Shown: piece after piece, positions 21,253 to 33,047 of the stretch | Numbering within the stretch: the first letter of the stretch is position 1 | Layout: each line of letters begins with the position of its first letter | Assembly (NCBI GenBank): GCA_965240325.2 | Contig: OZ251234.1 | Location: forward strand, 1,302,001 to 1,366,000 | Reading direction: 5' to 3' | DNA from: Rebecca billardiae RCC1528 | Taxonomy: Eukaryota; Protista; Haptophyta | Length of the DNA: 64,000 bases | Translations under genes and position numbers: made by a program | The notes under the pieces: generated by a model | What the model was told of the DNA's origin: nothing | The model's database searches: none | What the model saw: the letters and a program-made list of their open reading frames with translations, nothing else

Positions 21253-23211
21253 AACTTTTCTGAGGATAGCGCACCAGCAAAATCCCTTGACCGCCATCCG
21301 GATTTCACGGAGGCCGCGTTTGGACGCAGAAACGCGCGATGGCGAGGCCCGCCCTCGCACCACCGCTCTCGCGAGATCGCGACCGTGCGACCTGCGGCGT
21401 TGCGCTCGACGCGCTCTTTCTGCTCGGAGGCCGCGAGGTCTCCCAGGTGCGCCAGCTCGCGAGCGCGCACCTTCCTCCTCGCCGCGCTCGCCGAGCACGA
21501 GCCGATCTGCAGCAGATGTGCAAGGAGCCGCATGTGGCCTTCCTCGCGCGCGCGGCACGGCTGCACACGAAAATCGTTAGAGGGCACTTCTCCGCGCATT
21601 CTACATTTTGGGGAAAGAACGCCTGAACTGCACAAAAAGTGCCCTCTAACGCTTCCGCTCCTCGCCGTTGCGTGCACGCGCAAAGGAGCACTGCAAAGGG
21701 TGCGACTGGGAGCATTCCTTCTCCCGGGCGGCCACCACGGCCTCGGAGGTGGTGAGGAACGCGTCGGCGACCACGGCGTGGACCACCTCCGTCGCGCCGG
21801 ACACTCCGGTCGCCCCTCGCCGGACTCCATCCTCGCTGCGCGCTGACCGTTTGCCGAGCGGGCTGCCCCCGCCGCCTGCCCGGCGTGTGCCCGCGTGGTG
21901 ACACAAGGTGGTCGAAGGCGTGGCAGCGCGGTGGTGCGTGCGATCGGGGGACCCCACCTGAGCCACGACACGGGCGCGCGCGCTCATCCGTGCTCATCAC
22001 GGTGGTGCACGCGCGCGTCGCGCGCTCGTCGGCTGTCGCGCGCTGACGGCTGGGCTGCTTTGGGGTGTCGGCGGCGGCCACAGCTCGCTGGTACGGGCGC
22101 GATGGTGGCTGCGAGTGGTACGCGGCGTTGCACCAGGTCCATGTGCGTCACGCACGACGCTCGGCCGGCTCGCCCTCGGACCATTGGCTGAGTTCTACTC
22201 GCCGCGCGCGCCGCGCGCGGGAGCCGCTCGGCAGCTGCTCGAGGCGCAAAGTGCGCCCCGCGCGCTGAACGTGGGCACGACGAGGTGGTGCGGCGAGCGT
22301 GCGCGGGTGTGTGTGCGTGATGGGCACCCCCATTGCGCTACTTGCCATGCACATCTGCCTCTCGCCAAGCCTTCGACACGATTGCTGCAAGCGCTGCTCG
22401 GAGGCGCGCTCGCGGGCTCGCGCGCGTTTGAATCTGGGCTCGGCGGCGATCGCGTGGACGAGGGGCAGCGCGGTGCACGGTGGCGGAGCGCGTGCGGAGC
22501 GCAGCCTACACCTCCTACACGCTCCATCCAGACACATCGCGCATGCTCGCGCGACCTCCTCGGTCCATCACGTGCGCGTGCGCGCGCGAGCAGGTGTGCG
22601 TTCGCCGGGCGCGTGCACGGCGCGCCGCGTTGGCGCGCGCGCACCGATACCCGTGCGCAGCTCGACGAGCGAGCGCGGTGTGTTTCGATGCGTATGGGGA
22701 GGCTCGAATTTACGCGCGCGCACGCGCCGGCCCTCGCCGCCCCTTCGCTCGCCCACGCCTCATCTGCGCGCTCGGCGTTTGCACGCAGCTGCTCATCCTT
22801 TCCAACACGTGCACAAACGAGCAGATGGCGCTGGGCGAGGTCGATTGGTGCGTCAGATATTCGGCAACGACCAGCCCCGCCCGTGTGCCGCCGCTCGTGC
22901 TACTCTTGACGACCACCTCTGGCTCGGTCGCGCGCACGAGGCTGCTCGCGGCCCCAATCGTGCCGTGTACCGTCAAGCTGTACCGTGCGCAGCGAGGCGC
23001 ACTCAGACGTCGGCATGGGCTCGCATGCGAGGGCCCGGCAGTGAGACGCGTCGATGGAGCATGCTCCGGATACGCTTCGGCGCACTTCCCGACGCGCACG
23101 AGCCGCTCGAAGGCGCGGAAGGGCGCCCAAACGGGGCAACCGCCATTTTGCGCCACTTCGGCCCGGATGGCGGTCAAGGGATTTTGCTGGTGCGCTATCC
23201 TCAGAAAAGTT
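21253..23211. mobile_element. Non-autonomous TIR element, about 1.96 kb, about 49 bp perfect TIRs, TA flanks
   Basis: TA|aacttttctgaggatagcgcaccagcaaaatcccttgaccgccatccgg ... ccggatggcggtcaagggattttgctggtgcgctatcctcagaaaagtt|TA. Confidence 0.85.
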
Positions 23212-23354
23212 TAATCATATATATATATTGCTAATACGTACAGTCGTATGGCACTGTGTTGATGACGACCGCCGGCCGTAGTGACGCGTGTGAGCACCGC
23301 CGTCGCCGCGAGCCTGCCCGGCGACCACCGCCTGACGGCCTGTCCGCCCCGTTC

Positions 23355-24115
23355 CTACTCTTCCGGGCCGTCATCCGTGCCGTAGAAGCGGTCGCCAAAG
23401 TCGCCCAGCCCGGGCACGATGAACTTCCGCTCGTTGAGCCGCTCATCGATCGCGCAGGTGACGATGCTCACCTCCGGGTGCGCCGAAGTGAGGGCGGCGA
23501 TGCCCTCCGGGCAGGTCAGCACGTTGAGGAAGAAGATCCTCTCGGCCCTCACGCCCGCCGCGATCAGGATTCTGATCGCGGCGATTGCGGAGCCGCCTGT
23601 GGCGAGCATCGGGTCACATAGCAGCACGTGCTTCTGGTCGACGCGCTTGGGCAGCTTGGAGTAGTAAACGTGCGGCTCGGCGGTCGACTCGTCGCGCTGG
23701 ATCAGGATCTTCCCGACGCTCACCGCCGGCCACACGGCACGCACAGCGTCGAGCAGAGCGTCGCCGGCTCGCACGATCGAGACAGCGCACACGGCGGACG
23801 CGTCTGGCAGGTCGACGCCGGCGTACTCGCCGGTGGGCGTCATCACGGTGCGCGGCGTCTTTGGGAGCAGCGCGATCCCCTCCTCAGCGAGCAGGCGCAT
23901 CAGCCGGCTGGCGTGCTCGGCGAAGACCTGATGAGGAGTATCCTCATCGCGGATCACCTGCGCGTGCACGGGCGCGCACGCACATCGGGTCAGCGTCGGT
24001 GGCAGGGGCAAAGCGGCGACGTGCCGCGCCGGTCACGCACTGTGAAGAGATGCGTCAAGGCGCGCGATTGTACGGTGTACACGCGCTTCTCTCTCTGCGA
24101 GTTGAAGATGTCCAT
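23355..24115 (-). CDS. UPRT: Uracil phosphoribosyltransferase; intron 23958-24040
   Basis: VSIVRAG, VGKILIQRDE, PRPP loop LLCDPMLATGGSA, IVPGLGDFGDRFYGT; splicing gives ...LTHLFT|VIRDEDT. Confidence 0.95.
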
Positions 24116-24230
24116 CGGAAGCGTGCGATGGGGCGGACGGCGAAGTCGGCGGCGCTGATCACGTCCGAGGCAGTCTCTGAGACATCGGAGTTTCGGTGAC
24201 CCACGCTCCCGGCCCGCCCCGGCGATCACG

Positions 24231-25559
24231 ATGGCGGCGCGCACGGGGCGCACCTGCGTCGTTCTCTCCAACGGTGTCGTCGGCGCGGAGAAGCAGGCGA
24301 TTGCCCTCGCGCGCGCGACGGGGCTCGACGTGACCGTGCGTCGAGTCCTACCCAACCGTGCTCTGGCGCGCGCGCCAACCGGCGCGCAGCTCGTCGCCGC
24401 GCGCACCCTCGGGCTTAGCGTGCATGCGTTCTCCCAAGCGAGCGCGCACGACGTGCGCGCGCTGCGCGAGGCCCCGTTCCCGGCCCTGGCGGTCAGCTGC
24501 GGGCGAGGATCGATCATGGCGAGCGCTGCGCTCCGTAGAGCAAGCGCCGGCCGCACGCGCACCGTGCACATCCAGCACCCGCGCTGCGCACCGGACGCGT
24601 TTGATTGGCTGGTCCTGCCGTCCCATGATCTCCTCACGGCGCGCACGCGCCCGCGCAACGCGCTCGTGACCGTCGGCTCGGTGCACGAGGTGAGTGCGGA
24701 GCTGCTCGAGCGTGCGTGTGCGCGGCATGCGCACTCGCCCATCACGCGCGCACCCGGGCCCCGCGTGGCGCTCCTGCTCGGCGGCCCGACAGCGGCCGCG
24801 CCTTACTCGGCGGCCGATGCGACCGCCCTCGTGCTGCAGGCGCAGCGCGTGGCGGCGGCTGCTGGCGGCTCGCTGCTCGTGAGCGCGTCGCGGAGGACGC
24901 CAGCAGCGGTGCTCGACGCCCTGCGCACCCTCGTCCGCGGCACCGCGCCCGTCGCCCACGTGTGGGACGGCCTCGCGCTGTCGAGCACCGCCGCTCTGCC
25001 GGCGCGCGCGCGCGGAGGCGCCGAGCGCGCGCAGCTGCCGGCTGAGCTGGCGTCGACGAACCCGTACTCGGCGTTCCTCGCGCTCGCCGACCACGTGATC
25101 GTGACGTGCGACTCGGTCAACATGTGCACCGAGGCGTGCGCCAGCGCGCACCACACGCGCGCGCGCGTGCACGTCGCGCTCGGCGACGCGGCCGCGCGCC
25201 GCTACGGCCGATCGCTGGCCGCGCTCGTGACGAGCGGTGGTGCGCACCGGAGGTTGCTCGCGTTCCACCAGTGCCTCTTCGAGGGCGGCGCCGCCGTGGC
25301 GTGGAGTGGCGAGCTGTGTGGCGTGGGGGCGCAGGCAGCGCCCTCGCTGCGCGCGTCGGAGCGCGCGGGCGCGGTGCCGCCGCGCGCGACGAGCGGCGGT
25401 GCAGGCAGTAGCGCATACGCGGGTGAGCACGCGTCGCCGCGGTGGGCGTCGAGCGCGGCGCCGCCACTGCAGCGCTCTATCGCAATGCAGACGACCGAGA
25501 TTGGCCGCGAGCTCGCGCGCGCGCTCTCCGAGCAGCCGGCAGCGGCGCCGCCGCTGTAG
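24231..25559 (+). CDS. ELM1: Mitochondrial fission ELM1 / GtrOC1-family protein
   Basis: VLSNGVVGAEKQAIALA, VSCGR, VHIQHPR...FDWLVLPSHD, LLGGPT, SASRRTP, NPYSAFLALADHVIVTCDSVNMCTEAC. Confidence 0.92.
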   Translation: MAARTGRTCVVLSNGVVGAEKQAIALARATGLDVTVRRVLPNRALARAPTGAQLVAARTLGLSVHAFSQASAHDVRALREAPFPALAVSCGRGSIMASAALRRASAGRTRTVHIQHPRCAPDAFDWLVLPSHDLLTARTRPRNALVTVGSVHEVSAELLERACARHAHSPITRAPGPRVALLLGGPTAAAPYSAADATALVLQAQRVAAAAGGSLLVSASRRTPAAVLDALRTLVRGTAPVAHVWDGLALSSTAALPARARGGAERAQLPAELASTNPYSAFLALADHVIVTCDSVNMCTEACASAHHTRARVHVALGDAAARRYGRSLAALVTSGGAHRRLLAFHQCLFEGGAAVAWSGELCGVGAQAAPSLRASERAGAVPPRATSGGAGSSAYAGEHASPRWASSAAPPLQRSIAMQTTEIGRELARALSEQPAAAPPL

Positions 25560-25948
25560 CCGCTCAGTCGCCTCGGAAGATTCAATCAGCCGTCCGCCTG
25601 AGGCGAGGCCAGGGCTGCGGCCGCCTCGACAGCGAGGCAAGCTGCCAAGGGCCGTAGTCGCGAGCAAGGGCCTTGTCTCGAGGGTCGTTGATGTCGTTCA
25701 GATGCGCGTCGTCATCACGCATTGCACACATCTAAAATACTCGATGAGTACACCGCCAAGGTTCTTGGGGAGGCACGATTGCTATCCAGCATTCCTCGGT
25801 GTTGTGGGCTCTCTATGTCGTTCGGTTACGGCGAGGTCCTTTGAACGCGCCGAGGCGGTCCCGGGAGCCGGGAGGCGTGCCGTCGCGAGCGTGCCCACCC
25901 ACGCAGCTCAAGCAGAACCCGCGCGCGTGCGACTGCTCTGCATTCGCG

Positions 25949-27996
25949 ATGGCGTCTCGAGGCGTCGGCCGGCATGGTGCGGCGATGGTGCGGATGGCAG
26001 TGCTTCTCGCGACCATCGCGTCCGTCGCCAACGGCCAGGCGGGACCTGGGCCCGCCCCGCCACCGTCCCCGCCACCCAAGCCGCCGCCAAGCCCGCCGCC
26101 GAGCCCGCCACCGTCCCCGCCACCCACGCCGCCGCCAAGTCCGCCGCCGAGCCCGCCACCATCCCCGCCACCCTCGCCGCCGCCAAGCCGCCCGCCTCCA
26201 AGCCCCCCGCCAATCCCGCCTCCTGCTCCACCGCCGAGCCCGCCGCCTTCGCCACCGCCAGGCCCGCCTCCGAGCCCGCCGCCATCGCCACCGCCTCCGT
26301 CATCCCCGCCGGCACCTCCGCCCGCCCCGCCCCCTTCTCCTCCGCCCACCCCGCCGCCCAGCCCTCCCCCGCCGCTCCCGCCTCCGAGCCCGCCGCCGAG
26401 CCCGCCACCAAGCCCGCCACCGCCTAGCCCGCCGCCCAGCCCACCGCCAAGCCCACCGCCGAGTCCCCCACCCTCGCCTCCTCCGAGCCCGCCGCCGAGC
26501 CCGCCGCCGACTCCGCCGCCTTCGCCGCCGCCGAGCCCGCCGCCGTCGCCACCGCCGAGCCCGCCACCGTCGCCCCCACCAAGCCCGCCGCCGTCGCCAC
26601 CCCCCAGCCCGCCGCCCAGCCCGCCACCCAGCCCGCCGCCGTCGCCACCGCCCAGCCCGCCGCCCAGCCCACCGCCCAGCCCGCCGCCCAGCCCGCCGCC
26701 CCCAAGCCCGCCCCCCAGCCCTCCCCCAAGCCCGCCGCCGCCGACTCCGCCGCCGAGCCCGCCTCCTAGCCCGCCACCGCCCAGCCCGCCGCCTTCGCCG
26801 CCGCCGCCGTCGAGCCCGCCGAGTCCTCCGCCCTCCCCGCCGCCGCCTCTCGATCCGTCGCCGCCCACGCCACCGCCCTCACCGCCGCCGCCCTCGCCGC
26901 CACCTTCGCCGCCGCCCTCGCCCGCGCCGCCGCCCGCCCCTCCGCCGCCCTCGTCACCGCCACCGTCGCCGCCCTCACCGCCCTCGGCACCGCCACCGCC
27001 CTCGCCGCCCCTGCCGCCACCGTCGCCGCCGCCCGTGCCGTCTGAGCCGCCGCCGCCGCCCTCGCCGCCGCCCGTCCCGCTCCCGCCGCCGCCGCCACCG
27101 TCGGCGCCCAGCCCGCCCCCGTCGTTCTGCTTCGATGGCGAGTGCGCGCCGCCCTCGCCGCGCCCCAGCTACTCCTACTCATACGAGTACAGCCCGCCGT
27201 CGTGGAGCCCGCCGCCGCTGCCGCCCGCGTCGGGCGCGCTCGTGCAGGCGAGCGCAGAGGCGCTGCTGCTGGCGGCGCAGCTCTCCGGAGTCGGCACGGC
27301 GCGCACCGAGCAGGTGCCGTTGCGCGCCCGCTTCGCCGCCTCGCTCGAGCTCCACGCGCGCGTGCCGCCGGGCTCGATCCTCGGCGTCCAGCCCACGCTG
27401 GACGAGGACGCGGACGGCGAGGTCTCGATCGGCAGCTGGCTGATGCTCTGGGCGGAGGCGGTGGAGGCGCTCGAGGCGGAGTACGCGGGGCTGCTGCCGT
27501 CGGACGAGGCGCCGCCGTCGCTGCACGCGCTGCCCGCCGAGTCGCTCGCGTACGTCGCCGAGCGCGTGCTCGGGCGCGACGCGGCCGAGCGGCCGCGCAT
27601 GCGCTGGGTCGGCGGCGCCGCCCAGACCAACCTGACCGAGGCGGACGCGCCCAACGCCACGCTGCTGCTGCTCGTCCTCGACGGCGTCGAGCGGCCGGAC
27701 GGGCTCGAGGGCGGCGGGGGCGGCGGCGAGGATGCGGGCGGGGCGCGCCGACGCCGCCGCGCCCTCGGCGAGCGTGGCCACGGCGCGCCGCTCCGCGCGC
27801 TCGCCGAGGCGGACGGCGAGCTCGCGGAGGGCACCGCCGCGTTCACGGTGACCGAGTACCCTGCGGAGGGGAGCGTGCCGCCGGAGGAGGCGGCGGGGCT
27901 CGGCGCCGGGCTCTCGGCGGTCGCGGCGGTGGTCGTGGTGTCGGCGGTGGGCACGGGCGTTGCGATCAGCGCTTCCGGCAGCAGCGGCGCCGCGCT

Positions 27997-28038
<42 letters not shown>

Positions 28039-30385
28039 CAGCGGCGCGGCGCTGCTGCTCTCACAGCTGCAGTTCATGCACGCGCTCTCGTTCGCCAACG
28101 TGCGCGCGCCCAGGTCGTACCTCGCCTTCCTCGGCGCGCTGCGCTGGGCGAACGGCTTCCTGCTCGGCGGCGGCGCGTTCGGATGCGAGACGACGGCGCC
28201 GTCGAGCGAGGCGCTGGAGCGGTTCGCGCACGTGTACCGCACGCTCGGCGCGTCGGGGCAGACGGTCGAGAGCCTGTGGACGAGCCACGTGCGCACGCTG
28301 CTGCTCGGCCTCGGCCTCTCCCTCGGCCTCTCCCTCGGCGTGTACGCCCACTGGCGGCTGCAGCTCAAGGGCGACGTGCCGGCCTCGCTCGCGCCGCCAA
28401 AGTTCCAGGCGGTCGTCGGCTTTGTCGCGTTCCCGGGCGCGGTGCTGGCGGCGGCGGTGGTGTTTGCGCTCGGCGCGTGCGACGAGGGGTACGTGGGCGG
28501 CGCGGCGCTCTTCTTCGTGCTGTGCCCCGCGCTGCTCTTCGGCTGGGTCCTCCTCGTGCTGCTGCACACCGTGATCCCCGCGCGCACCCTCGAGTGGCAC
28601 GCGTTCGATGGCGCGCGGCTGCGCGGACTGCTCAGGCAGTGGCGCAGCCGCGACCCGCTCGGCGCGTACGGGGACGGGGGGAAGGGCGGCGGCGGCGGCG
28701 CGGAGGAGGAGGGCGGCGCGCGCCGGCTCTCGCGCCGCCGCTCGAGCGTCGGCGGCGCGTCCGGCGGCGCGGGCCTCGCCGCCACGTACAAGCGGCTGGT
28801 CAAGGCCTCGCAGCTGCTCGCCTACAGCGGCGAGTGGCTGCCGACCGACGCCGCGGACGACGACGACGCGCGCCGCGCGGCGGACGCGCCGCCGATGGGC
28901 GAGCGCGTGCGCAGCCTGGGGCGGACGATGAGCGCGCGCGCGTCGGCGGCGGGCGCGGGCGGCGCGGCCGCGTTCGGCCGCGTCGCCAGCCGCGGCGCGA
29001 TCCGCGTCGAGCCGGGCGACGACGCCGCGCCGCCGCCGCCAGATCCGCCGCCCGCGCCGCCCACGCCCGCGCCGCCGACCGCCGAGGCGGCCGCGGGCGA
29101 GGCGGCCGCGGCGGCGGGCGGCGCCGAGGGCGAGGGCGGGGCCTCCGCCGCCGAGGCGGGCGCGGGCGCGTCAGTCGACCGCGCCGGCTCGGCGGGCTTC
29201 GCGCTGCTCGACCGCCTCGGCATGCTCTTCGACCAGCGCACGCGGCCGCGCGTGCTGCATCTGCCGTTCGAGCTCGGTCGGCAGGCGCTGCGCACGTGCA
29301 TGCTGGTGGCGGTGCCCGCGAGCGCGGGCGTCGCGCCGGGCGCGGTGGTGATCGCCCTCGAGGCGGTGGACGGGCTGGTCGTGCTGCTACTCCGCCCCTT
29401 CGTCTCGCGCGCGCAGAACCTCACGCGCGGCACCCTCGCCGTCGTGCGGCTCGCGCACGTGAGCTTGCTGTACGGCGGCCATTGGTCGGGCGTCGATCCG
29501 GCGTCCACCGCCGTCGTGGCGCTCGTGCTGCAGCTGCTCGCGCTCGTGGCGCTTCTGCTCTCGGCGGCGCTCGCGGCCGCGTCCGAGGTGCGCGTCGCCG
29601 CGCCGCGCGCGCTCCTCCGCGCCAGCCTCGCCGCCGAGCTCGCGGCGGACGACGCGCACGCGGGCGGGCAGGCCGCGCGCGAGCTGCCCGTAGGCCTCTC
29701 AGAGAGCCAGCTCGCGAGGCTCGTGCAGGCGGCGGTCGGCATCCTCGCCATCACCTACCCGCCGGGGCGCGCGGTGGTGGTCGGCGCGGCGCGGGCGGCG
29801 TACGTCGACGCGTACCGCGAGCGCGGCGCGCCGCACCCGGGCGCGCGCACCGCGCTCGGCGCCGCGCTGCGCGCGCTGCGCGCCAGGCTGGGCGGCGACG
29901 GCGGCGACGGCGTCGCGTACGGCGGCGACGGCGCCGCGACGCGCGAGCACCACGGCGCGGCGCTCGTCGGCGCGCAGACCGAGCTGCTCCGGCTGTGCCG
30001 CGAGGAGTGGCGCGTCGAGGTGGACGGCGCGCTCGTCGAGGCCGAGCCGCAGCCGACGGCGGAGAGCGCGCACGCGCTCGTCGTCGGCGTGCTGCACGCG
30101 GTCCTGCAGGCCGAGGTGGCCGACTCCGTCCAGATCGCCGCCGAGATGCGCGGCGTGGACGCCGGCGTCGCCGCCGCGCTCGGCGAGTCGCTCGCGCCGC
30201 GGCTGCACCGCATCTTCGACCGATCGCTGCGCGTGGACGCGCTCAAGGCCATCAAGGCCGTCGCGCCGCCCGGCCACGAGCCGCCTGCCGAGCTCGCGCC
30301 CGTGCCGAGGCGCGAGGCGCTGCTCGCGCGGGTGCGCGCCGCCTTCGGCCAGAGCAAGCAGCAGCCGCAGCAGGCTTCGCGATGA
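25949..30385 (+). CDS. Extensin-like (Ser-Pro3 repeat) surface protein with multi-pass TRP/Flc-like membrane domain
   Basis: Signal peptide MVRMAVLLATIASVANG; about 350 aa of SPPP repeats; SYSYSYEY; LLSQLQFMHALSFANVRAPRSYLAFLGALRWAN followed by about 7-9 hydrophobic helices. Confidence 0.8.
26050..27120 (+). repeat. Coding 12 bp minisatellite (Ser-Pro-Pro-Pro)
   Basis: agcccgccgccg / tcgccgccaccg units. Confidence 0.95.
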
Positions 30386-30544
30386 GGCCCTTTGTTTGGA
30401 CCCGAGGCCGCGATGAGACAGTCGGCGCATCCGATCGACTACCCGGACGATATGCCGGAATCGCCGATATATATATATATATTCGATCTGCTGCTCCTAG
30501 AGTGATAATGACGACGCGATGACGATATGACTATTAAATAATAT

Positions 30545-30569
30545 ATAATAATAATAATATATAATATAT

Positions 30570-30659
<90 letters not shown>
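30545..30659. repeat. (AAT)n microsatellite
   Basis: Direct reading. Confidence 0.95.
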
Positions 30660-30974
30660 CGCGGCTCGCGCGCGCGCATCTCTATATCGGAGGCGCAGCT
30701 GCCCGACCCTGCCCGTGGTCGAGAGACGAGAGGGCGCCCGTGAGGTCCGTCAGTCACGCAGAGGTCGACGGCCGATCTGGCTGACCAGACAGCACGGGTT
30801 GCACAGCACCGTTATCCCAGACAGAGGGTGGGAGGGTGGGCAAACAGTGATGAACCGCCGCCGCGGAGCTGACGCGGCAGCACGTGAGCTGCTGGACGAG
30901 AATGTGATGCCGGACGAGCGACGACGCGGCTGCGCTGCGGCGCTGCAGGGCGGAGGCGCTGACACTAGTGAGTG

Positions 30975-31445
30975 ACAGCAGCAACCTCACCGAGCAGAGG
31001 GGACTACCAAAGCAGCGTATACACCTCCTGTGTGCCGAGCTCACAATCTTGAGTGGTCGGAGGAGAGTGTAGCGTGCGGTGTCGTGGGCCCCCTGCTCAG
31101 CTCGGCGCCTTGAGTCATGGCGCCCCCGTACCTTGGGCCGAGCCGTGCCGAGGCCAAAAGACTTAAAGAGTCGCCTCGGATGGAACAGGAATCGCCGAGC
31201 AAGTCCTGCAGGCGGTGCCCGGTGCCCACCGGATTGGCTGCCGAAAAGGGTCCCGGTCCCGGACCAGGACTGCGCGCGCTGGGCGGCTGGCGCCCCGGCC
31301 GGACAGCTGGCTGCTGGTTGATGATGATGCCAAGCGAGCCGGATCTTGGTGTCGCTCTTAGACACTCAGTTATACTCAGAATGTCTAATTTACTCTAATG
31401 TGCCAATAACGCCACATATAATACATATATATATATATATATAGC
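30975..31445. repeat. Decayed dispersed repeat ending at (TA)n (family copy 2)
   Basis: Colinear with 20770-21125. Confidence 0.75.
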
Positions 31446-31601
31446 TTAGCTAGGCTCTGCTCTAGTAACTCTCTCTCTGTCTCTACTGTAAGTGTAATAT
31501 AGGTGCGGGCCCACTGGCTACTGTGGGGTTATAGTGGCGCAGAGCGCGAGCCCATAGCGCGGTGTTTACTTGACAGAGTGCAGTGCCAGTAGTGACCAAA
31601 A

Positions 31602-32315
31602 TCAGTCAAGGAAGAGTACTGTGCATTCGATGTTGAGCGTCTGCGCCTCGTCGATGGCCTGGCGCAGCGCGCGCGACCGATGGAGTGCGAACGCAATCAG
31701 CTGGTCCGCGCTGCCCAGCAGCTCGGCGTACACGAGCTTCGTCTCGAGCTCAGGCGGCAGGCCGCTGTGCCGCAGCTCGACAATGTTGCGTACGCCGCTC
31801 AGCAGCTCGCGCGCGCTGGCGGGCTCGGAGCTCGCGCTGTTGGCGACCACGACGTTGAGCATGCGCTCGTTCGCGCGGATCGCGCCACGCATCACCGCCT
31901 GGTCCGCGCCCGCCTTGGCCGTGGTGAGCACGCGATTGCCGCTCAGGACGAGCGCGTAGCTGAGCAGCTCGATGATCTGCCGCTGCAGGACGGTCGTCAT
32001 CTCGTCGCCGATGACGACGATGCTGCTCGGCTTGGACGCGTCTCGCTGCTGAATGCTCTGCAGCTGCGAGATCATCCGCTGCGCCTTCGCCACGGACGCA
32101 GCCGCTGCCTTGCTACTGGCGCGCACGGGCTGCTGGTTGATCTGCTCGAGTGCCGCCAGCTCAGACTCGCCGAGCACTGGGCCGAGCTCATCCGCGGCGC
32201 AGCGCAGGGCCGCCCTACGGGATAGTCTCGCGCGCCCGAACGCGCTCGCGCCGGGGGCATGGCCGCCCGCCACCGCTGAGCATGCCAGGAGCGCGCACGC
32301 AGCGAGCGCCAGCGT
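31602..32315 (-). CDS. Plastid-targeted cyanobacterial-type DprA/Smf-like ('DNA recombination-mediator protein A') Rossmann protein; apparent ACG start
   Basis: QIIELLSYALVLSGNRVLTT...VMRGAIRA...QLIAFALHRS...VLFLD matches the cyanobacterial family as I recall it; leader (M)LALAACALLACSAVAG...ASAFGRARLSRR. Confidence 0.8.
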   Translation of the reverse strand, partial: TLALAACALLACSAVAGGHAPGASAFGRARLSRRAALRCAADELGPVLGESELAALEQINQQPVRASSKAAAASVAKAQRMISQLQSIQQRDASKPSSIVVIGDEMTTVLQRQIIELLSYALVLSGNRVLTTAKAGADQAVMRGAIRANERMLNVVVANSASSEPASARELLSGVRNIVELRHSGLPPELETKLVYAELLGSADQLIAFALHRSRALRQAIDEAQTLNIECTVLFLD

Positions 32316-32489
32316 GCTGCCGTCGACCGAAGCGCAGCGACCGCCGCCGCCGCCGGTTCAGCGGCCGTGAATCTCCAAATCCACCACTGCAACACTTGGC
32401 AGCCGCGCCCGCCCCCGCCCGGAGCCCGCCCGGACACGCCCGCCCGGCAGCCCTGCCGCAAGGCCTGCCGCGTGGGCGGCAAGCGCAGC

Positions 32490-33047
32490 ATGGCGAAACG
32501 CAAGCCCGGCCAGCGTCCGAAGAAGAAGTTTTACAAGCAGAAGAAGGGCAAGCACAAGGTGGACGGCGGCGGCTCCAACGAGAGTGCCGCCGCGCTCGCC
32601 GCCAAGTACCTCGAGGACTGGACCGCGTGCAACGGCGGCGAGGGCTGGAAGTTTCAGAAGGCAAGGCAAGTTTACCTTCTGAGGCATGCGTACGATGCGA
32701 CGCTTGTGGACGACGAGCACTTCAAGCTCCTCACGCGCTACATTGGGCGTCTGCCAGAGGGAGCTGCACGTCAGAAGACCATCGAGCAGGCGCGTGCACT
32801 ACACACCGACGCTGACGTGCTGCTTGCGCAGTCTCCGACGAATGGCGAGCCACCCGCGGACACAGCGGCGGCAGCGGCGGCAACGGCGGCGGCAGCGGCA
32901 GCACCTGCCGCGGATGGGGGCACTGTGGCGGTATCGTCGCCGAGCTCCGCGCAGCTCGAGCTGACGAAGAAACGGGCCAAGCGGATTCTCAAGGCACTTG
33001 GCGCCTCCACGCATGCCTCTCCGACCGAAGCAAGAGGTGTCAGATAG
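32490..33047 (+). CDS. WKF-domain protein (DUF2373, C7orf50-like)
   Basis: Basic N-terminus; YLEDW...WKFQKARQVYLLRHAYD...FKLLTRYI. Confidence 0.88.
   Translation: MAKRKPGQRPKKKFYKQKKGKHKVDGGGSNESAAALAAKYLEDWTACNGGEGWKFQKARQVYLLRHAYDATLVDDEHFKLLTRYIGRLPEGAARQKTIEQARALHTDADVLLAQSPTNGEPPADTAAAAAATAAAAAAPAADGGTVAVSSPSSAQLELTKKRAKRILKALGASTHASPTEARGVR

Noticed and set aside
25813-26868. 351 aa Gly-rich ORF on the minus strand
   Set aside because: Antisense shadow of the SPPP repeat
27142-30522. 1126 aa Arg/Ala-rich ORF and many similar long overlapping ORFs across the window
   Set aside because: Alternative-frame artefacts of extreme GC content with no domain motifs; the real frame is identified by conserved motifs
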